Shown here piece after piece: positions 59,071-64,000 of a DNA stretch of 64,000 nt. The notes under the pieces are model-generated. The model was not told the origin of the DNA, ran no database searches, and was given only the letters and a program-made list of their open reading frames with translations. Both the position numbers and the translations under genes were made by a program. Position 1 is the stretch's first letter. The number at the start of each line of letters is the position of its first letter. Origin of the DNA: Planctomycetota bacterium. GTDB lineage: Bacteria > Planctomycetota > UBA1135 > GCA-002748355. The stretch lies in the NCBI GenBank assembly GCA_027021385.1, contig JALUUL010000054.1, forward strand, positions 51,050-115,049. Direction: 5' to 3'.

Positions 59071-60261
59071 ATGAAGATCCCCGGTCCGATCCTCCTCCTC
59101 GCCCTCCTCCTTCCCGGGCCCGTCCGGGCTCAGGGGGGAATCCCAAAACGCAACGCGAAGCCCAGGGACCCCTTCAAGGCCCCGTTCCGCTTCTTCGTCC
59201 CCCGCTGGAGCATCGAGCTGAAGGGAGAGATCCGGGCAGTCCTGGAGGAGGCCAAGGTCCTCGAACGGATCTGGAGTTCGGCGAAGGACCGCGCCTTCGA
59301 CGAGGAAGGACGACCGACCTGCAAGACAGGGGGCTTCGAGAAACGGGTCGCGGCCTTCCGGGCCCGCTTGGGGACGATGGCCGGCCACCTCGGGCTCGTA
59401 CTCCGCGACCATGTCCGCACCGACTGGCGGAGAGCCGCGCACTTCGCCTCGTTCTTCGTCCCCAGGGTCCAGGACAGCCTGGATCTCTTCAGCTACCTTC
59501 CCTACGAACCCGATTTCGGCGCGCGCAGGACCGCGATCCCTCGCATCCTCCCCTTCCTCCGCGCGCAGGCGGGACGCCGCGGGGAGAACGGGAAACTCCG
59601 CTACAGCTTCGATTACCAGCCCTATGTCGACCTCTGCCGCGTCCGCTGGACTCCCGACCGCAGACTCGCCTTCCGTGTTCTCGGGACTCTCGCGAAGGCC
59701 GATCGAGACTCGGTGGCCGAGGCCGCCCGGTTCCTGAAACCATGGATCGAGAAGGCCCTGGTCTCCGGAGACAAGAGTCCGCGCCGCGAAGTGGTCCTGT
59801 TCCTGAACGCCCTCGACCCCGACGCCAGGATCCCCTCCTCCCCCGAAGAGGCCGTCGCCGCCTACCGCGGACTGATCCGCAGGCTCTTCCCCGACATCCT
59901 CCTGAAGGACGGCCTTTGTGAAATCCGCCCCGGCAGGGATCGGGACCGGCTCGTCGAAGTCGGGAGGGAATGGATCCGCAGCGGCAAGGTCGGTTTTCGA
60001 GACCAGGTTTCCGTCGAGGGCTCCCCCCTCGGCGTCGCCTATGGCCTGCGCCTTCGCAAGATCCCCGAACCCGTGGACCGACTCGGCCTTAAAGAGGGGG
60101 ACCTGCTCACCGCCCTCGACGGCCAGCCCATCCTCTCCCCCGAGGACCTGCTCACCGCCCTCGAAGCCAGACTCCGCGCGGGCGCGAGGAGCCTGGTCCT
60201 CGAATGGATCGATGCGAAGGGAAAACGGAGGGCCCGCCGTTTCCTCCTGTTGCGCGACTGA
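59071..60261 (+). CDS. Secreted protein with a C-terminal PDZ domain
   Basis: Signal peptide MKIPGPILLLALLLPGPVRAQG. PDZ-like GLRLRKIPEPVDRLGLKEGDLLTALDGQPILSPEDLLTAL. Confidence 0.65.
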   Translation: MKIPGPILLLALLLPGPVRAQGGIPKRNAKPRDPFKAPFRFFVPRWSIELKGEIRAVLEEAKVLERIWSSAKDRAFDEEGRPTCKTGGFEKRVAAFRARLGTMAGHLGLVLRDHVRTDWRRAAHFASFFVPRVQDSLDLFSYLPYEPDFGARRTAIPRILPFLRAQAGRRGENGKLRYSFDYQPYVDLCRVRWTPDRRLAFRVLGTLAKADRDSVAEAARFLKPWIEKALVSGDKSPRREVVLFLNALDPDARIPSSPEEAVAAYRGLIRRLFPDILLKDGLCEIRPGRDRDRLVEVGREWIRSGKVGFRDQVSVEGSPLGVAYGLRLRKIPEPVDRLGLKEGDLLTALDGQPILSPEDLLTALEARLRAGARSLVLEWIDAKGKRRARRFLLLRD

Positions 60262-60433
60262 AACACACAGACGCCGTCTTCCGAACGACGCATCCCTTGC
60301 GGGGGGGAAGATCGCGTTCCAGACTCTCGTCCTTCCGACGAACGGCCCCCTCGGGCTCGACCTGAGCAACGGTCTCTTCGCGACCCTCGGCCGCTGAACG
60401 CCGTCCGCCCCACCGGCGGGGAAGGAAGCAAGC

Positions 60434-61999
60434 ATGTCCGTCCGTTCCGCGATCCTTCCGATCGCCGTCCTCGTCTTCACCGCATCGGGGAAATCCGCTC
60501 CGGGACCCCTTTCCACCGGGGAAATCCGCCTTCCCCGGATCTTCGGGGACCACATGGTCCTGCAACGGGACCGTGAAGTCCCGATCTTCGGGAAGGCGGA
60601 TCCCGGCGTGGAGGTCCTCGCCTCGATCGACGGCAAGAGCGTGAAGACGAAGACGGGCCCCGAGGGCCGCTTCACTCTCCTTCTCCCCGCGCACGGCGCG
60701 GGGGGGCCCTTCAACCTCGAGCTGCGAACCTCGACGGGAGCGGCTCTCGTCCTTCACGATCTCCTCTTCGGAGAAGTCTGGCTCTGCTCAGGGCAGTCCA
60801 ACATGACCTTCGCGCTCCGCAAGGCGAAAGGAGGGGCGGAAGCGATCGCCGGGTCCGAGGACCCGGAGTTCAGGCTCTTCACGGTGAAACGCGAGGCCTC
60901 GATGCGACCCCGCTCCGACTGCGAGGGAGAATGGGTCCGGGCCGGTCCCCGGACCGCTCCCGGTTTCTCCGCCGTCGCCTTCTTCTTCGGCCGCGAGTTG
61001 CGCCGCGCGCTCAGAGTTCCCGTCGGACTGATCCACGCCTCCTGGGGGGGGACGGCCGTCGAGGCCTGGACGAGCCTTCCGAGCCTCGAAGGGGAGACGG
61101 GTGCCCGCGAGATGCTTAGGCGATGGAAGACGATCGACGAACGCTGGCCGGCCCGCAGAAAGGAGTTCGACCGCAAGCTGGCGGCCTGGAGGCTCGCGGT
61201 CGGTGAGGCCCGGAAGAAGGGGAGACGCCCCCCGCGGAAGCCCCGCCCCCCCTTGGGTCCCGAGGACAAGAACCACCCCGCCGTCCTCTACAACGGAATG
61301 ATCCATCCGATCCGCCCCTTCGCGATCCGCGGGGTCATCTGGTACCAGGGAGAACGCAACGCCTCCAGGCCCTCGGAATACCGCGCCCTCTTCCCCTTGT
61401 TGATCCGGGATTGGCGGCGCCTCTGGTCCCTGCCCCCCTTCGCATCCCCCGGGGACCGGATCCGCCGGCCGCGGACCTTTCCCTTCCTCTACGTCCAGCT
61501 CGCCGCCTTCGAGGCCGGTTCCAGGGATTGGGCCGAACTTCGGGACGCCCAGGCCTCGGCCCTGTCGCTCCCCGAGACCGGCATGGCCACCGCGATCGAC
61601 GTGGGGAATCCGAGGAACATCCACCCGATCGACAAGGAAACGGTCGGCCATCGCCTCGCCCTCCTCATCCGCGCGAAGGTCTACGGAGAACGCGACCTCG
61701 TCTGCACCGGGCCCGTCCTTTCCGGAGTGAAACGCAAGGGGAAGACCCTCGTCCTGAGCTTCCGGTCGATCGGCTCAGGCCTCGTCGCGAAACACCTTCC
61801 GATGACCGGTTTCGAGATCGCGGGCCGAGACCGGCGATTCCGCAACGCCGAGGCCCGGATCGAGGGAGACACGGTCGTTCTCACAGCCGAGGGGTCGGCC
61901 CGCCCGAAGTACGCCCGCTACCTCTGGTCGAACGCCCCGAAGGCTTCGCTCTACAACGCGGAAGGTTTGCCGGCCTTCCCCTTCCGCACGGACCGCTGA
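60434..61999 (+). CDS. Sialate O-acetylesterase family (SASA/DUF303) carbohydrate esterase
   Basis: Signal peptide. GEVWLCSGQSNM (GQSN motif), GLIHASWGGTAVEAW and GVIWYQGERN. Confidence 0.85.
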   Translation: MSVRSAILPIAVLVFTASGKSAPGPLSTGEIRLPRIFGDHMVLQRDREVPIFGKADPGVEVLASIDGKSVKTKTGPEGRFTLLLPAHGAGGPFNLELRTSTGAALVLHDLLFGEVWLCSGQSNMTFALRKAKGGAEAIAGSEDPEFRLFTVKREASMRPRSDCEGEWVRAGPRTAPGFSAVAFFFGRELRRALRVPVGLIHASWGGTAVEAWTSLPSLEGETGAREMLRRWKTIDERWPARRKEFDRKLAAWRLAVGEARKKGRRPPRKPRPPLGPEDKNHPAVLYNGMIHPIRPFAIRGVIWYQGERNASRPSEYRALFPLLIRDWRRLWSLPPFASPGDRIRRPRTFPFLYVQLAAFEAGSRDWAELRDAQASALSLPETGMATAIDVGNPRNIHPIDKETVGHRLALLIRAKVYGERDLVCTGPVLSGVKRKGKTLVLSFRSIGSGLVAKHLPMTGFEIAGRDRRFRNAEARIEGDTVVLTAEGSARPKYARYLWSNAPKASLYNAEGLPAFPFRTDR

Positions 62000-62008
62000 C
62001 CTCGGACC

Positions 62009-63643
62009 TCACCGATCGTCGAGAATCCGCAGGGTCGGAGCCTCCCCCCCCTTCCGGACCTCGAAGAACTCCCAGGTGTAGAGCGAATCCTCGCTCACGG
62101 GTTCGAGAAGCTGCGCGGCGACACGGGCGAGGGGCTGGTCTGCGGGGATGAGGACCGCCCCGGCGGGGACTTCGATCCCCCGTTCCACGTATCCTCCTTC
62201 CAAGCGGAGTTCATGATGCCCTTGATAGAGTCTCCTCGCCCGGCGCAGGCCGTGGATCTCGAAGACCTCGACCCGACACCTCCGTCCCCGCGGGAGGACC
62301 TCGAAACGCAGACCGTGCAGGCGGAGAACCTCGAGAACGGCGGCCGGAGGATCGGTGAGGCACCAGGCCTTCGGATAGGGGATTCCGCGACCGGCGAGGA
62401 AGGCCGTCTGGACCGGGACCTCCAGGGCCTCGTGAACGTCCATGTCGGCGATCGTGTACCGGCCGTCCGGGCGGCGGATCCTCTCGACCTTCCCGGTCAG
62501 GATCGTGTCCATGCGGGGCGGTTCGAGACGCGAGTCGAAACGGAAGCTCTCGATCCCCCGCTTCTCCGCCCTCCGGTCGGCGGCGGCGCAAAGACTCCGG
62601 ATCTCCCGAGCCTCCCGCGCGCAGGCCCGGAGGCACTCGATCACGAAGGCCCGGGTGACCCGCACCCTGGTCTCGAAATCGAGATGGCTGTAGGCCTCCG
62701 AGAGGATCGAGAGGCGATTCCGGAGTCCGTAATAGTTCGTCCCGAACCTCGGGCGATGGTCATAGGTCGCCCATCCGCTCTTCGGGTCCCGCCCCTTCTT
62801 GTAGTTCCCGTAGTCGTAGACATGGAAACCATGCCGCTCGAGCATCGCCTCGCGGACGGAGGGCAGCAATCGGCCCCGTTCGAACCGATCGAGCGACGGA
62901 TCGACGTTGACCGCGAGGGAGGGCGCGTAGGTCAGGTGGAAGCCGTGATAGGAACCGTCCGTCGTATGCAGGTCCATGAAGACCCGCGGATCCTCCCGGG
63001 CCAGGAGGGCGACCAGGGCGCGGGCCTCGGCCGACGCGAGCTTCAGGAAATCCCGGTTCAGGTCCAGACCCTCCGCGTTCTCCCTGGTCCCGACCCCCTC
63101 GACCGGACCGTTCTGGGTGTTGCGCTCCTTCCTGTCGATCCGGTCGTTCCCGTCGGGGTTGTAGACCGGCACGAAGAGGAGTTCGAGACGATCGGCCCAT
63201 TGTCGGTGCGCGCCCCCGCATAGCTCCCGGAGCAGGATCTGCACGGCCTCCTTCCCCTCGACCTCGCCGGCGTGGATGTTCGCGTTCACGAGGACCTTCA
63301 GGCGTCCCCCTCCTGCGGGTCCGAAGCGTACGAGTACGAGATCCCGGCCCTCTTCGCTCTTTCCGAAGACCTCGGTGCGCAACTCCCTCGATCTCGGCAG
63401 CCCCGCCCTCTTCAGAGCCTCGAGGAACCGGGACACCTCCCCGGAAGTCGAGGTCCGCCTCCATCCACTCGATTCGGCAGCGGTCTCGGGCCCGGCCCTT
63501 CCCATCTCAGGTCCGCCTCCCACCCCGGGCGGTTCCGTCCCGCCCTTCGGCTTTTCCCCCGTCGAGGTCCGCCCTATACAACCGGAGAGGACGAGCAAGC
63601 AGAACGTGCCCGCTCGAAGCGAGAGAGGGGTTCGGATGGCCAT
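62009..63643 (-). CDS. M14-family zinc carboxypeptidase lipoprotein
   Basis: MAIRTPLSLRAGTFCLLVLSGC (lipobox LSGC). VLVNANIHAGEVEGKEA (HxxE zinc site), VPVYNPDGNDR and DLHTTDGSYHG. An alternative start is MSYP at 63655. Confidence 0.82.
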   Translation of the reverse strand: MAIRTPLSLRAGTFCLLVLSGCIGRTSTGEKPKGGTEPPGVGGGPEMGRAGPETAAESSGWRRTSTSGEVSRFLEALKRAGLPRSRELRTEVFGKSEEGRDLVLVRFGPAGGGRLKVLVNANIHAGEVEGKEAVQILLRELCGGAHRQWADRLELLFVPVYNPDGNDRIDRKERNTQNGPVEGVGTRENAEGLDLNRDFLKLASAEARALVALLAREDPRVFMDLHTTDGSYHGFHLTYAPSLAVNVDPSLDRFERGRLLPSVREAMLERHGFHVYDYGNYKKGRDPKSGWATYDHRPRFGTNYYGLRNRLSILSEAYSHLDFETRVRVTRAFVIECLRACAREAREIRSLCAAADRRAEKRGIESFRFDSRLEPPRMDTILTGKVERIRRPDGRYTIADMDVHEALEVPVQTAFLAGRGIPYPKAWCLTDPPAAVLEVLRLHGLRFEVLPRGRRCRVEVFEIHGLRRARRLYQGHHELRLEGGYVERGIEVPAGAVLIPADQPLARVAAQLLEPVSEDSLYTWEFFEVRKGGEAPTLRILDDR

Positions 63644-63974
63644 CGGATACGACATCCATGTCTTCGTCTGCGAGAACGAGAGGCATCCCCGGCACCCCCG
63701 GGGGTCCTGCGCGGCGCGGTCCCCGGGGCCCTTGAGGGAATGGTTCAAGGAGGCCATGGCCGAACACGGGCTCCTCGAGGGGAACCGAGTCAACCGCTGC
63801 GGTTGTCTCGACCTATGCGAGCAGGGACCGGCGGTCGTAGTCTACCCAGAGGGGGTCTGGTACCGTCCTCTTTCGGAGGACGACGTCGAGGAGATCGTCC
63901 GCGAACATCTCGTGTCCGGGAAGATCGTCGAACGGCTCCTCCTGGAGGGGACCGGAGGAGGTTCCTCCCCGTGA
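63636..63974 (+). CDS. Thioredoxin-like [2Fe-2S] ferredoxin
   Basis: MAIGYDIHVFVCENERH...GSCAA...NRCGCLDLCEQGPAVVVYPEGVWY gives four Cys ligands in the canonical spacing. Confidence 0.8.
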   Translation: MAIGYDIHVFVCENERHPRHPRGSCAARSPGPLREWFKEAMAEHGLLEGNRVNRCGCLDLCEQGPAVVVYPEGVWYRPLSEDDVEEIVREHLVSGKIVERLLLEGTGGGSSP

Positions 63975-64000
63975 AGCTCGCGACCTGGAACGTCAACTCG
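63971..64000 (+). CDS. xth: Probable exodeoxyribonuclease III. Only the first 10 codons are present because the window edge cuts the 3' end.
   Basis: The GTG overlaps the ferredoxin stop (GTGA). VKLATWNVNS matches the very conserved ExoIII/AP-endonuclease N-terminus (MKIATWNVNSL type). Confidence 0.45.
   Translation, partial: MKLATWNVNS

Noticed and set aside
57874-60714. The 947-codon N-terminal extension of minus-strand ORF 57046..60714.
   Set aside because: Only the last 275 codons (PyrK-like, starting MEVRVHRL) look like a protein. The extension overlaps three well-supported plus-strand genes (DUF445, Nudix, PDZ protein) and has shadow-frame composition.
1-64000. Search for CRISPR arrays, tandem or interspersed repeats, IS elements, integrases, and tRNA/rRNA genes.
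   Set aside because: By eye I found no regularly spaced direct repeats, no transposase, integrase or recombinase motifs, and no tRNA-like T-arm (GGTTCGAATCC-type) in any intergenic gap longer than 70 bp. The hairpins found are all different from one another.

Overview
A 64 kb chromosomal window from a high-GC, arginine-rich diderm bacterium. I call about 52 protein genes in a few long same-strand arrays. I saw no rRNA, tRNA, CRISPR array, transposase, integrase or phage genes. Six-frame noise is heavy: many Arg/Pro/Gly-rich shadow ORFs, including one of 1469 aa. Genes were chosen by family motifs, plausible amino-acid composition, and 4-8 nt start/stop overlaps of the form ATGA, GTGA or TTGA. 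Those overlaps occur at nt 898-905, 2560, 4061-4068, 5230, 10887-10890, 13895-13898, 20184-20187, 21506-21509, 22749-22756, 26673-26676, 55817-55820, 57046-57049, 58525-58528 and 63971-63974. Recognisable content, in order: (1) a truncated lipid kinase followed by kdsA; (2) a tetR / outer-membrane factor / MFP adaptor / RND pump efflux operon with an AT-rich twin-palindrome operator; (3) an LPS block kdsD-kdsC-[1003 aa anchored unknown]-lptD; (4) a secreted S8 protease; (5) a long minus-strand array of SDR, AtuA-C-like small protein, pta, epimerase, AsnB-like, GT4, lysA, mini-lipoprotein, NifU-like and IDH-family genes; (6) a DAACS transporter with a PDZ-like insertion; (7) two HEAT-repeat proteins; (8) an M64 peptidase with a CARDB domain; (9) a TlpA-like thioredoxin; (10) a PilZ + cNMP-binding fusion with an unknown partner; (11) folC, two Nudix genes, a CaCA antiporter, a C26 amidotransferase, aroB and gltX; (12) a six-gene operon of PyrK-like, DNA methyltransferase, GNAT, GYF membrane protein, unknown, and zinc-ribbon CPBP protease; (13) a sialate O-acetylesterase, an M14 carboxypeptidase, a 2Fe-2S ferredoxin and the first codons of exonuclease III. 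The most interesting candidates are the 1003 aa protein in the lptC/lptA slot, the methyltransferase-to-CPBP operon, a C-terminal domain shared by two unrelated secreted peptidases, the PDZ insertion in the transporter, and the PilZ-cNMP module. All functional calls come from reading the translations by eye. No database search was run.
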